Shown here: positions 44,579 through 57,849 of the stretch, piece by piece
Layout of the letters: each line of letters starts with the position of its first letter
Numbering within the stretch: position 1 is the stretch's first letter
Assembly: GCA_002269645.1 (NCBI GenBank)
Contig: NIVC01001831.1
Coordinates: 1 to 64,000 of the forward strand
Length of the DNA stretch: 64,000 nt
From: Macrostomum lignano
Lineage: Eukaryota
Direction of reading: 5' to 3'
Made by a program: the position numbers and the translations under genes
The notes under the pieces: model-generated
The model's input: only the letters and a program-made list of their open reading frames with translations
Told to the model about the DNA's origin: nothing
Databases searched by the model: none

Positions 44579-47500
44579 TCAGCTGGCACAACGCTTCCGA
44601 GCACTCATTGAACTCTTGTGCTGACTGTAAAACTTCACATCCTTGGTCACCTCGGCGATGTCGAAGTAGTTCGGCCTCCGCTTGGACCACCTGTAGCCGA
44701 GGTGCAGAAAGAGGTGGCGGCCCACGGTTTCCGGGCCCGTCAGGTCGTGCTTCCAGTTGCGCTCCGCGTACCGCCTGCACAGCTGCAGCCGCCTGTCGTG
44801 CAGCCGCTTGGCGGCGGCGTCGGTCGACTTCGGACTGGCTGGAAAAACAAAGCGCAGATTGCAGTGAAACTCGAGCTGGCAGGGCATGCGAGCCGTGCTG
44901 TGCACCGCACATCTTTTAGATCTGCAACCCAGACCCCGAGGCTAGTGCAATTGGGCCTCATGAGTGACCGAGACACAGTTAGAGTGACAGACATATGGGT
45001 TTAGAGTGACTGACATATGGGTTAGAGTGACTGACATATGGGTTGGAGTGACCGACACTGTGGATTAGAGTGACCGGGATGCTGTGTGCAGGGTTAGGTG
45101 AGTGAGATTGACCGGCTGTAACCACAATTTGTGCAATTCGTCTGCAACGTGGAATAATCGAATCAATCGAAGCAACTAAAATAGAATCGACACACAAAAA
45201 CGAGTGACAAAAATGCACAGAACAATGACCCTTGCACCTTACTGACTGTTGATTACTCAAGGAGCGAAAGGCAGCTGAAGCGGGATTCCAATGAAAGCAG
45301 GCAGAACTAAAAATCACCACCAAAGCGACTCACAGCTCTCCAAAGTTCTGCACTTGCTCCTGAAGTGATGCAAACCGTCGTCAATCAGCGGGCTGAACAC
45401 GGGCGGGTCCAGCAGCGTCACCTCGTGCCTCCTGGTGGCGTTGTCTGTCCACCAGCTCTGCAGCTGGCTGGTGAGCAGGTCGGGACCCGTGGTCGGGCCG
45501 GCGCCTCCCGTCTTGTCGTCCACTTCCATCATGGCGAACACGAGACGCAGGAAGAACGGATGTCCGGGCACGGATCCCATGGCGCTGTTCATGGCGCTGA
45601 AGTCCTTGCCGTAGAGAATCACAGCGTGCTCCTTGGCCTCCTGGTCCACGAAGGCCGTGAGGTTTTCTAGGCTCGGGAAGAACGGCTTCACGCACTCGAC
45701 GTCCATGTCGATGTAGATGCCTGCGGGTCACGGATGTTGGAGGAGCACCGTCGACCAGCAGCTTAAGTAAACTCGAACATTTCAAGATGCTGAAGGAGCT
45801 CGAGCTCGAGCTGCTTGTGTATTCTGGGTAAGTTGGCTACGATTAGCTTCTTTTGATTTCTTCTTAGAGGCAGGACGCTGTGTGCACACTGGCGCACTTC
45901 AAGTGAAATTTTCACGCAAAACCGATGAGAGGCATTAGTGTCCATTCCCTAAGCAGGCACACAAGCGCGCGGATACGTACGCAGTCATACGCGCAGGCAC
46001 ACACTCACACAGGAGTGCACAGCGGCCCTGACTGTAGTCATTGGCACGCATGTACACTTCACTGCGCCTCTGGGGCGTGGGCCCTCAGAGCAGAGTCAAG
46101 CTGAGTTTCAAATTTAGCTCCAAATTAATGTGAATCGAGCTTGGAATTGAGATTGGGCCGCTAGCACATACGAGTGCCCGGCTAGACCACTGGGCACCAC
46201 TTAAGCTTTGCGATATAGACACCCTCGGAAAAAGTAAGGACACTCAGGTATTGAAGCAGAAAGGATTTTTTATTTAGAAACGCTAGAGTACATTTCTGAA
46301 ACTACATGTATGACCATTATCGGCATTCTAATTCGTGTGAATGGAATAAATGTATTATATTGACAGTAATTCAAGGGCTATTTCTTGCATGTACTTCACT
46401 GTAGCCTTCTTACCTCCGTAATGATGCAGAACCATGTAGCGGATGCTGTCTGCTCGCTGCACGTGCATCTTGAAGATGAGAAACTTCCGCATGAAGAACG
46501 GGTAGTGGTCATTGATGAAGGCAACGATGTCCTTGTCGGTCCACAGGTAGTACTCCCAGTCGGGGTTCAGCTTGAGGCAGTGCTCAATGTGCTTCCGGTA
46601 TTCAGTGAAGACTCGCCGAGTCGTAAAGGTCTGGTGAATGATCTTGGGAATCGCTCCAGGTGTAACTGGGTGCGGTTCGAAAGGTATTGCGATGTCTCTA
46701 AAGTCCAGTTCGGGAGGCCCTTCGTCAGTATTACGATTGTAGGCCAGGATGGCAACTACCTGCAACGGTTTGAATGAAACTAAGGATCTTCCAAATGTCT
46801 CTGGCAGTTAAACTTTGTCGAGTTAGAAACCCTAATGGTTTGATTGATGGATTTGGGGCTATTCTGTATTGACAGTTCATGTCTCAGGGCACAGCACACG
46901 GTTGTCTCCATCTCAACCACTCTGCATGGCCCCTGATCAAAGCCAGCCCTAGTCAGATTTACAAGCCAGCATGATGTGACCAAGATGTTAAAAATGACCA
47001 GTAAGTAAGCCATAGTAGATTTTGTGCATGGTTTTGGAGTTCGGAAACGATTTAACAGTGGCGTAACAATCGTACATTGCTCAATGTGCGCATCAACTGT
47101 ATGATCGTGATAAGAATGAAGGGAGAGTTGCTGTGATACCTAACATCAAGGAGGCTGAGATTCTATGGCAGAATATTTTGGAGACTTATCATCCCTTCAT
47201 TTGTTGGCTCCGAACGAGCGGGTGAAACTGCTAGTAAAAATGCTAGGAATATACTGAGACTTCAGACAGAAAGCACACCCAGTCCCACGACAGGTTTAGG
47301 TAGACTCGCACCAAATAATCTCATTCTTGACCAGCTGTGGAAGAGGAATTAAACTTGGAGTTTCCTGGGACGAGGGCTCGGACCGGAAGGTGAGAACATG
47401 TAGGCACAGTATAATTGCGCTAATGACAGTAGTAGGCACAGAATACACCAGAATGCTCAATCGACCGGTCGATCGATGCTTTGCGGTATGATCGGAACTT

Positions 47501-49353
47501 AAAGGTGTGTCCTCGAAATGGAAACAACCAAATTGACACTCATCATCACCTGGTTCATCATTCGCCTAGAGAATGTAGATATTATTATGTAGTTTTGTGC
47601 AAATTTCAAATGCTATTATAGAGCTTCTGCACTAAGTAGTGAAAATAAGTGAAATAATGTATATTACTTATTTATTCTTCATCTCAGGAGTAATATCCAT
47701 GGCTTTTTATTTCGAATTTAGATAAACGAGCTGATTGGGAGTTCTGTATTCTAGTAGGCGCAGGAGGGAAATGAGTCATTCTACGAGTACCTGCATTTTT
47801 TCATCCTAAATTTCGGGTTATTTTGACAAGTAACCCGAAAACTACAAAATCAGGCAGTAAGCTTAAGCTACACAATAAGCTTTTGTACATGTTTATAAAA
47901 TAAAAATAAGCTCTAAGGTTCAAGGAGTCATCGCATCAAGAAAATGCACCCTTATGATCGGTTGACAGGAGCAGACCATCCCACAAACTGTAAAGTGTAT
48001 GCACTGCTAGATGTTGAGAAAGTCAGGGCAGATGCTCACACCTACGGGGCTGTCTGCGTACTTGTGCATGGATCAGTGTGGAGTGCATGTCTTTTGGACA
48101 GCTGAAGTACACGGTGCTGCACTTCACTGGAGCCTGCTTTCGCTGCAAAATGCAGTACATATGATATGTATCGAGATGCATTGTAGAAAGTAAGCTTTTT
48201 GTTGTTTAACCAATTGATAAATATATCGCATTCTGAACAAGTTTATCAAGATAAACATCAAACAAAACTGATACTTGCTGATTTACAAAGCTTACGGGGG
48301 AATTGCTGAGATGTCAAGGCTTACAGATGGAATTCGTCAAGGTCAGAAGCCACAGGTAGTTTATTCAAAAATTTGTCGGCTCCCCAACGGGGGCGCTGAT
48401 TTCTAGTTTGGTGCTAAAAGCAGAAGACTTACTGTCTTGCAAATGCTTTTGCAGTTTTTACAAATTAATTCTGAAAAAACTCTTGGGAAATTATTTTGAG
48501 AAAGCTTGGCACAGTTTTAGAGTGGCCCCACTGCAACAGAGTGGCCCAGTGCTGACAGCCCCTGCTCAGTGAATACCTGCATTGCCCGTGCTAACGGAAG
48601 AATTGCGCTCGCCCACTTCACTCTGCAGCCGGAGAATCGACATGAGCAGCCTGGCAAGCAGAAGCGAGCCGTTGCTCTGCTGTTGTTGACTTCAAGCACA
48701 CAAATTCATTAATGCACAGGTAAATTCAAGCTTTTGGCTTCCAGCTGAAGCTGGTCAGCTGCGGGGCAAGAATCAGCTGCGTAGAGCACTACATGTACTC
48801 AGCTTAGACGACACCAAGTTTTACGCATGTTTGAGCAGGCGAGCGCATTTTCGTGTGAGTAAATAACAAGAGTTATTTCCTCTGAACAGATTTCTCGCTG
48901 AGATAGGCTTCTCAGAGCAAGAGAGGGAGCTCATAGTTGCATGAATACGGCATACTGTGTAATAAGCTCATTAGTGTAAAATGCATTCTGTAGTTAGGTC
49001 GTTTGTTCGTGGGATTTGTTAAAAGCTTACAGCGGACCTACTGTGCTATCTGACTAAATATTACCTTGATTCTCTGACCTATGGCCTCAATAAATAGTGA
49101 ATATGCTGGATTTGAAGAATCCAAACAGTGAGAATGCAGGGATGGGCTTATAAACATAGCTTAGTGATCCTGTACACGCAATGGACTAGCGGAATGAAAT
49201 GGCCATCATGGATGCAAATTGTCAAAATAACTTGCCCAGCTCATGGCCAACTGGTAGCAAGACAGCGGACTCAAGCAGGGGGCTTACCAGCAGGGCAGTC
49301 AGCAAAGCGACCACTTTGAAACGGTAGGTCGATCTGAACAGCACGCGCGCCAT
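44579..49353 (-). CDS. GT32 glycosyltransferase, copy 2, 352 aa; exons 49353-49288, 46759-46414, 45720-45334, 44838-44579
   Basis: Exon sizes 66, 346, 387 and 260 are identical to copy 1. Exon 1 MARVLFRSTYRFKVVALLTALL|gtaagc has the same RFK-to-donor spacing. Motifs QRADSIRY and IYIDMD. Confidence 0.88.
45945..46200 (-). mobile_element. tRNA-derived SINE-like repeat in GT32 copy 2 intron 2
   Basis: Minus strand GGTGCCCAGTGGTCTAG (A-box-like) and GCTCGATTC (B-box-like). The body (GCGCGCGGATACGTACGCAGTCATACGC) recurs at 51697-51868. Confidence 0.55.
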
Positions 49354-50084
49354 GAGCCAGGAGACGCCACTCCGCAGGTGCAACTTGCGAGAGCAACACA
49401 ATACTGGATGGAGGCGGCAATACAAGACACATATAGCTGGTGTTTGAGTACAGAGCTCAGTTCTCTGGAGACTCAACGGGATCAAATTTCGGGCAGAAAT
49501 GCCACCGCACTCCGTCTTCCCAATTGTCATATGCGCCCCTGCCGGATTGGCCCAGCCTCCGTGGCAAGTGTACGTTATTCATTCCCTGCTCTCCCTTCCC
49601 TCCCTACCTACTGCAGCCTTTCTGCTCTGCTCTTACTGACTCAAGCATGCCCTACTGCTTCATCGCTCTGCTACACTACCTGAGGAGGAATTTGACCAAA
49701 GCTCCGTTCTGCTCAGTGCCTGCTAAAGTGAAGAAAGCCGCACGCCCTCCCTGCGCTCAGCCAAGGAGTTCCAGAACCTGAGTCTGGAGTGCAAAACCCC
49801 ATTTTCAGATAGCTTTTCAGATTTTTCAGACTTTGGAGAACGCATAGCGCTGAATGGGATTTCGATCGGGATAGACACATTCCATTGTAAATAATATTGT
49901 CATAATGCGAGAAAATTCCGGGCGTCAATGTCGAAAATTCCGGGCTCTGTGTTGTAACGTACAAGAAGTCTATGGCCATTCTTTCTCCTCATTTGTCAAT
50001 TTAGGACCATAGACATATAGGCATAGGTATTTATGGGCTTAGATTCACTGTAAAAGGAAACAGAACCTCAGGATAAATTTTAAT

Positions 50085-50916
50085 TTGTTAGCATGCTCTT
50101 ACCACGCTTTAAACATGATCAATCACTTAATTAATTATTCAAATTTGCCTGGAGAAGTTGTATCTGGTATGTCGACCGAAGAGCTGGCCTGGATTTCAGC
50201 GGAGTCAAACAGCCGGTATTTGGAGGAATTGAGAAATAAGGAATTCGCGGACCAGATCGAGTCAGAAGAGATTCTCGACCTTCCAGACGACGTGATTGAA
50301 GTGCTAAATGAGCTAGAACGCGATGGTATACCCGATTCTTCTGTTCGGCAGATGGAGGACAAAATAAACCGTTTAAAGAGATTTCTGGAAGATAACAAGC
50401 TGTCAACTGATCTGTTACTAATTCCAAAGTCTATTTTGGCTAATTATCTGCGCTTCTTCTATTCGAGACTGAGAACAAAGGACAATCTGTACTATGCTCC
50501 AGCAAGTCTGACCATGCAGCGTTCGAGCAGGACTGCATCGCTTCTTCTGTCTAAACCGTCCGGATATTAATATTATTGCGGACATTGCCTTTGCCAGTGC
50601 CAATCGGATGCTGGTATCAATGGTGCGGAAGTACAAGCTGGCTAATCAGCCTAAATCTCGAGAGGGATTCGCTGCGATTGAGAAGAGTGATCTACAGAAG
50701 ATTATAAATTATTTTGACAGGTCTAATGGAGTCGTACTGCAGGACGAGGTCATGTTTCATCTAATTTACTACTTTGGATTGCGTGGACGAGAAACTCCAC
50801 CAACTCTAACTAAAGAAAGCTTCGCGTTTCTACAAGATTCTGAGGGGCGCGACTATGTCGCCCTGAATCATGACCTTCTGAGTAAGAACTCAAGGGCATC
50901 TCTGAAGAACGTTTGA
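50085..50916 (+). pseudogene. Crypton-type tyrosine recombinase (DUF3504-like) remnant, frameshifted near 50515 and 3'-truncated
   Basis: LRFFYSRLRTKDNLYYAPASL, LHRFF..INIIADIAFASANRML, AIEKSDLQKI, LQDEVMFHLIYYFGLRGRE, DSEGRDYV, LSKN. The HxxR and catalytic Tyr motifs are missing. Confidence 0.75.
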
Positions 50917-51696
50917 TTTTAAAGGCCTGAACAACTAGCGGAACCAATGTCTGATAATGAATAATTTGGCGCGTTAACGGCAACTCAACTGACTAACTGT
51001 TGACTAACTTGTCTTTTAAAACCACATTGTATGCGCTTGTTTTGTTCTGTTGCTTTGTTTTTGTTCAGTCTACTGAAATAAAAATGTCATAGACAATTCG
51101 AGGCAAGAATTTCCACATTGACGCCCTGAAAATGCAGGTAGATGCCCTAAAAAATTATCACAATGTTATTTTCTCGAGAAAAATCCGATTTCTCGAGACA
51201 GCCAGAGCATGCCAAATTCACTGGCGATGCAACAAATGTTCGTTACTTACCGGCCTTGTCAGTGTCCTTCTGCTTCAGCTGTCCATGGAGTCGGCACTCC
51301 AGGCTCTGCTTCTACCAGGTCTCTTTGGCTCAGCTTGCTCAGGCCTCAGGGAGGCAGTTCTGTACAGGACGCGTGGCCACACAAGGCTCTGGCTGTACGT
51401 TGCTGTCGCTTTCAATCCAAGCATGGAGAGAAAATCTGAGTGAAGTGCGGATGAAAAGGGATGAAAGCTTCTTGGGAAGGAGCAGTGGTGGGGGCTGCAG
51501 AGAAGCAATTGTAGAATTAGACTGGAGAGCTGATGATTGCGTGAATGCGGAGTCAAAACATCTGACGCACGCTTGGTTACTATCACCTCAGGAAACCAGG
51601 TTTATTTATTAGAGGCAGGGGGCTGAGTACATTGGCGCACTTAAAGCGACATTGTCACACAAGCGGCGAAAGTCATTACTGCCCATTCCGCCGACT

Positions 51697-51868
51697 CCCC
51701 TGAGCAGGCACACTAGCGCGCGGATACGTACGCAGTCATACGCACAGGCACACCCTCACAAAGGACATTAGTTATCGTTCTAGGCATAGCCGAGACTCTA
51801 ATTTAGGCCGAGCCGAGCCTTAAATTAATGTGACCGCACTTGGAATCGAGCCGGGGCCGCTGGCACAA
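51697..51868 (-). mobile_element. Second, 5'-truncated copy of the SINE-like repeat at 45945-46200
   Basis: Shared AGCAGGCACAC..GGATACGTACGCAGTCATACGC..CAGGCACAC and AAATTAATGTGA..TTGGAAT..GGGCCGCT..CACA blocks. Confidence 0.6.
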
Positions 51869-53068
51869 ACAGAACGCTGTAAGTAGTAACATGAAAATGC
51901 GAAAAACGTGAATGCTTTAAAATTGCAAAATTGTCATACCAATATATCAATACCAATACCAATACCAATAATACCAATTGGTAAGCTTTGTTCGAGTCTT
52001 CGTTATTTTTGATTATTGAGAGCGATTGTTATTGCCGGCCGTTACTGTTCAGTCGATTTTACTGAGTCTATTGAGTTTGAGGCCTCCCTTTTCCTAAGGG
52101 ATTGGATAGGATCTGCGGACCGATTCCGATACCCTTAGAGGATTATCGAGTTATTGATTTTGGATTATCCTAGATTAACCGATAGGAGCACACGACTCCG
52201 ATTCCGTTAGTTCTAGAAGAAGACGCCCTTTCTGGAGGACCTCGTATTGTTATAGAATTGATTTTGTTATTAGGGCGCATCGTTGATACTGATTTCTGCA
52301 CTCGAGGAATACTGCGGCGTCGATTTTATTGTTACGCTCTCACCTTCGGCCGATTCTAGACTTCAAGAAGATTCCTCCGGAGAAGAAGATTTGAAGAAGC
52401 GAGCTCTACATACGTGCGCACGAAGAAGAAGATTTGAAGAAACGAGCTCGGAGAACCTGCCCTACAACGAAGAGGAGCCCGTCACCGTAAGTGCACTACA
52501 CCCATTCTGTTCCCAGGCTTAAGTGTCTGGAAGGGGGAGTTTCCGGGTGACTGATCACCACCCGACGAAACTCTTCACGATTTCTGACTATCTTTGAGAC
52601 TGAAAGTAAAACAACAGGCAATAGGCTTATCAGGCCATAAAATTTTGCGCATCAGCTTAGTCTGACTCTCTAAAAATGGCCCCCCATGAAAGCCAAATCG
52701 CCCATTCCCGACACCATAAACTTCTAGTGGTCCTTGGCACTATCGCCTTACTTTGCGGCAGCGCCCCCGAAGCCCCCCGCAAACAAACTGACCAAGTCAA
52801 GAGGCCACAAACAGCTCTTAGTTATGCAAGGTGGGTGACAAAAATCTAGGAAATTTTTCAAAACAGGTCTGTCAGCAGTTAGAAGCTTGTATTTATAAAA
52901 ATGTGAGAAATAACACAGCAAACACGGGCAGAGTTCTGGAGCGATTGTCACGCAAAGGACTAGCCAGAGCAGCTGAGTTCCTGCAGCTGATGGGTGCCAA
53001 ACCAAACAGCAGCCAATGCCGCAGCGTCAAAGAAGACCGACACCCACAGCGGACTCGAAGCTTCGCAG

Positions 53069-55310
53069 TCACTGAGGCGCAAAAGCCGGCATCTCCTCGT
53101 CAACGTCCGACGCGGTGGAGGTCGCCGAGGCGGCCGCGCAGGCGTGCACTTTGCGCCGCTTGCCGGTGAGGTGGCCGAGCTTGCTGGACACGATCCGCTT
53201 GCCCCGGCGGGCATCGTCGCCCGCGGCCAGCTCGGCGAACGGGTCGTCCGCTGCCGCTGCTGCTGCTATCGAAGAATCGACGAAAAATGCCGGCAGAAAC
53301 GGGGCAGCGGCGGCTCCGGCGGAGCTCCTGGCTGAGGGCAGATCGCCGCGCTGCCGGTGCACCGCCGCCCGGATCGGCCGCGGGATCGCCGGCGAGGAGG
53401 CGGCGGCGGCAGCTACGGACGACGAAGCCGTCAATGGCGGAGGCAGCAGCGCCAACGTAGTCGCCAGGGCGGTGGGCGGGGCGTTGGAGGCGGGCGCGGC
53501 AGACGCGGTGGCTGCCGACGTTGCAAGGCTGTCGGCGTCGTCAAAGGCGTCAGCAATGCCGCAGCCCTGGAAGGCGGCCACAACGATGGCTTCGTTATCC
53601 TCTGCATCAAGGCTGGTGTCGCTGCCGCATCCGCCACCGAGACTGCCTTCGTCGTCGGCTTCAGCGCCGCTACCGCCGCCGCCGATGCCGCTGGACGCTG
53701 GTGAGCCGGGCGCCGCGGCAGCCGCCAACCTGCCAGCGGCCACCATGACCCGGTCTTGCCGCCCGTCGTCCTCATCATCCGGGCTCGAGCCACCCGCCGT
53801 TGCTTTTTTCCGCTTTCGCGGCGGCCGCGGCGCCCCCCGGAGAGTCTGCGAAGCCGCCGAAGCCGCAGAGACCGCGTCGACGAGCATCGGGCGCGGCTGC
53901 TTGTGGCGGACGCGAACCCGACGGGAGTGGCCACCGGCGGAGCGACCCGGCGCAGCCGACATCGCAGAAGCTGCGGCAGTTCCGGCAGCGGCGGCGGACA
54001 AGGCGGCGGGTTTTACGGCTGTGCCGCCACTGCACTGAGGGGAAGCGGGCGCGGCGACTCCAGCAGCGAGTTCTGCTGAGTCCGCTGAGTCCAGTTGATG
54101 CTGCTGCTGCTGCTGCGCCAAGGCCTGGCAACGAAGAGGAGGTTTGCTACGTTCTGAGGATATTAAAAGTGCTTCCCAGTTTTGGGACCTAAGCAAGGTA
54201 CAGGTTTGAATTGGGGGCTGAAGCTGCGATTGCCTACTAGAAGCAGTAGTAAGAAAAGAATGTAGAATTGTGTGTAAAAGTTTCGGCAGTTGAAAAGAGC
54301 TTCCTCAAGTCTGCGCTAACAGCGGCCCTGCCGTTCCCATAGACTCAGGCATGTACATTGCACATGCACCCACTGCCCTGCCGTTCCCATAGACTCAGGC
54401 ATGTACATTGCACATGCACCCACTGCCCTGCCGTTCCCATAGACTCAGGCATGTACATTGCACATGCACCCACTGCCCTGTCTTTCCCATAGACTCAGGC
54501 ATGTACATTGCACATGCACACACTCTGCCCTGCCTTTCCCATAGACTCAGGAATGTACATTGCACATGCACCCACTGCCCTGTCTTTCCCATAGACTCAG
54601 GCATGTACATTGCACATGCACACACTGCCCTGCCTTCCCATAGACTCAGGCATGTACATTGCACATGCACCCACTGCCCTGCCGTTCCCATAGACTCAGG
54701 CATGTACATTGCACATGCACACACTCTGCCCTGCCTTTCCCATAGACTCAGGCATGTACATTGCACATGCACACACTGCCCTGCCTTCCCATAGACTCAG
54801 GAATGTACATTGTACATGCACACACTGCCCTGCCTTCCCCATAGACTCAGGCATGGCATGTACATTGTACATTCACACACTGCGCCTCGAGGTTCGGCGT
54901 TCATAGGTGTGAATAGCAAGTGTCTCTCCTGCCCCTCCTATATCTGCAGGTTTCACTTTACTACTCAAAGTAGGAGGCCTCACCCGCAGACTAAGGTTGG
55001 CGAGCGCCCTGGCCGCCAGCGAGTCCTCGTCGGATTCGGCGGTGGCGGGCGTGGGCGCGGAGGCCCGGCCACGCAGGCACCACTGCGGCGGGTGAACAGC
55101 GGCGAACCCGGCCTGCGCTGCCACCACGGCGGCGGCTGTCGCGGAGGCGGGCAACGGCAGGCAGCCGCTGACATCGCAGCCGGAGGACTCGGAGCCGCCG
55201 TCAGCAGCCGCGTCCAGCTGCTGCTGCTGCCGAATCTGACTGGATCTCCGCCTGCTGCTGGAGGGCCTGAGCAGTGCAGGCAGTTGCTGAGCACCTGCCG
55301 TGTTGTCCAT
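53069..55310 (-). CDS. Uncharacterised Ala/Ser/Gly-rich protein with basic NLS-like clusters, ~460 aa or more; exons 55310-54984 and 54124-53069 (upstream exons possible)
   Basis: GC-rich coding style; phase-0 GT-AG junction LSLR|ALAQ; motifs PRPPRKRKK and GKRRKV; an upstream acceptor TTCTCTGCAG lies near 55326. Confidence 0.6.
54326..54855. repeat. ~10 x 50-bp minisatellite in the intron of the 53069-55310 gene
   Basis: Unit CCCTGCCGTTCCCATAGACTCAGGCATGTACATTGCACATGCACCCACTG; period 50 (54336 to 54386). Confidence 0.95.
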
Positions 55311-57849
55311 TGGCTGATTGTGAGGCTGCAGAGAAAGCAGAGTTTGAATGGCTGTCAGTCATCATCGCAGCATAAAAATCATGCAGCACTTCATATAGAA
55401 TTTCAAAGCAATTGGCGATTTCAAATTTCCCTTGGGAAATCCCTTTGGGATTAACTTTAGGAAACTAAATTTTTTCAATCAATCACAGATAGATAGATTG
55501 ATAGATGCCTTGAAGCAGCTCATTTTAGATGATTTGATAGGTGTAATTTTTATAGGCAATATATTTATCTACAATAAATTTAATTGTCAAACCTGTGACA
55601 GCCAGAATGTACGCAACCAGCAAGCACCAGTGCAGCCACACTTGAAACCCCCCAGCCTCTGTCTAGCTGAGGTTGGGGTGGGTGCACAAGACTAGCTGGC
55701 TCGCTAAGCTGGGGGGTTGGCAAATTTATTATGTCACCTTTTCTCACCCTTCTAGGCCTTTCAATTTTGCACAATTTGTAAATATAAATATACACACAAA
55801 GTAGCACAAAATCTTCATTGCCATTCCATCTATTAAAATTAAAGGCTTTCTGCCTCAAAACTATGTTTATATAAAAATGAATACAATTAAATAAAAGCTG
55901 TATTAGAAATCTAACAATAGAATTATCTTAAAATGATAAAAATAAATAGATAGACTTACCATACATATATCTTTAGAAACCTAAGGTTACAATTTTTTAA
56001 TGTTTAATTTTGGTATAGCTAATTACATTATAAAAAATATATATGCTAACTATGCAGTACATTAATATATATTTAAATGCAAAGGCAAGATTTTAATTTA
56101 TAGCATTAATATGATTGAATACCTACCTAGATAGAGAGATACCAACAGACCATTTTTAGTATATGGATGTAGAAATATTTTTAAATTCTTAAAAAACTAT
56201 ACTTCTTTAAAAAAGTTAAACTTGTGCAAATATGATATATGGACAAACAAACATTTTTTGTATATGGAAAGATTAGAATTTAGGGAAAGGAGCTGTCACG
56301 TTATTGGCGTAGGGGTTATGACCCTTAAAAGGGCCGTTGACGAGAATTGTTGTAAGTTGTTGTAGTCCCAAAATGAATTGGAGTCAATTCTTGCAAAACG
56401 GATTGTGTAGTGGAGCACTTGGCGTATAAGGGCAGGAAACTGCAACGCCATATTGTTGAGATCAATATTAGAACCTGGGTTAATGTCAATACAAAACTTA
56501 TTGCGCTTTGGGCACTGGCGGCTGCAACAATGGTTTTGAAAGTGATTAGAATATGAAGTTGAGTGGCAAGCAAAGGATACAATGGCGACGCAACATAGTG
56601 AGTGATGGCGATGAGCACAGTGGAGGCAGTGAGTAGTAAGTAAACAGGCAGATAAGTAGCGGTGAGAGTGGCGTTAGCCGTGGCAGTACACAGTGGAGTA
56701 CAGTGTGTAAACAGGCTGGCCCAGACAGAGGAGCCGTGACAAGAGATAAGGATGCTCGAGGCAGCCAGGAGAGAGAGAAGGAAAACGAGAGCCAGACGCC
56801 GAAGCCAGAAGCCAGAAGCCAGAAGTGAGGAGGCCCCCAGCCCACCACCAGGTGGGGGTTAATAAAGAGAGCAGGAGGGTTAGCATAAAACACGGAAAGT
56901 TTTCATTGGCTGGTGAGAGAACTTGAAATTATCGATTGTGCTAAAATTTACAGACGAATGCAAGGCCTACCAAATACACAGTGAATTAGCAATTGATACA
57001 GATTATTTGCACGCTACTACAAGTAAATGTTAAAATAAACTATTGGAGAAATTTAAACAAGAAATTGCAAGGGAAACTATAGTCCAACGGCCCTTTTGCA
57101 GGACCACCTTAAACTAGCAACATCACAGGAGCAACTGGTTTTGTTACTTGAAACTGCTCTTCAAAGTTTCAGACCTTATATACTTGCAAATATTAGGAAG
57201 TGTTTGATGAATTAGTGATTTTGAAAGGGAAAAATTGAAATGAGCAACTAAGGATAATACTAAAAAGCATTAAGAAACAGATATTCCAAGACAAAGCTAA
57301 GTGTCATGACACACCAATCTTAGTATTGCCCTGGGCTAGCAATAATATATGCAATTTTATGCGACCTCATGACCCTTAGTAGTATACTGCTAATGCTTAT
57401 AAAATTAGGCCAAAAATTAGAGGCCCTAGTTAGTTCCACCATAGTTATGGATATTAAATTTTTAGACAGAATATATAGATATAAATATTGTATTATAAGA
57501 ACATATATTTCTCATCCATATCTAGTTCTCATATCTAGTAATATCATTCAACTAAGACTTGAAAGACCACTAGTGTTATTGATTTAATGTAGGTAGAGAT
57601 GAATGAATATTGCCAGTTTCAAAGTGAGGGGAACTTGTAAGTCCTTATAATTTAGAAGTTAACTCTTAAGTAACAGATTTTCAATGACATGTCCATATTG
57701 TAGATAGGTGGTAGGGGCTAGAGAGGTGGTAGAAATAAGTTAATATAGGCCTAATGTTTTTGTTTTCACTTTCAAAAAAGATTTTAAGTCTCTATATAGA
57801 TTTGGAGACTTAAACAACGGAGTTTCAATGCTATATACATATTGAGGTT

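Noticed and set aside
46963-47013. MAYLLVIFNILVTSCWL|gtaaat as exon 1 of GT32 copy 2
   Set aside because: The exon at 49353-49288 has the same length and RFK register as copy 1 and a better donor; the 47013 candidate could at most be an alternative first exon.
52535-52575. Imperfect hairpin GAGTTTC-CGGGTG...CACCCG-GAAACTC as a Helitron 3' end or terminator
   Set aside because: No CTRR terminus at the expected distance and no associated element.
56294-56892. TG...CA bounded 600-bp segment as a solo LTR
   Set aside because: No target-site duplication (GGAGC versus CGGAA) and no second copy in the window.
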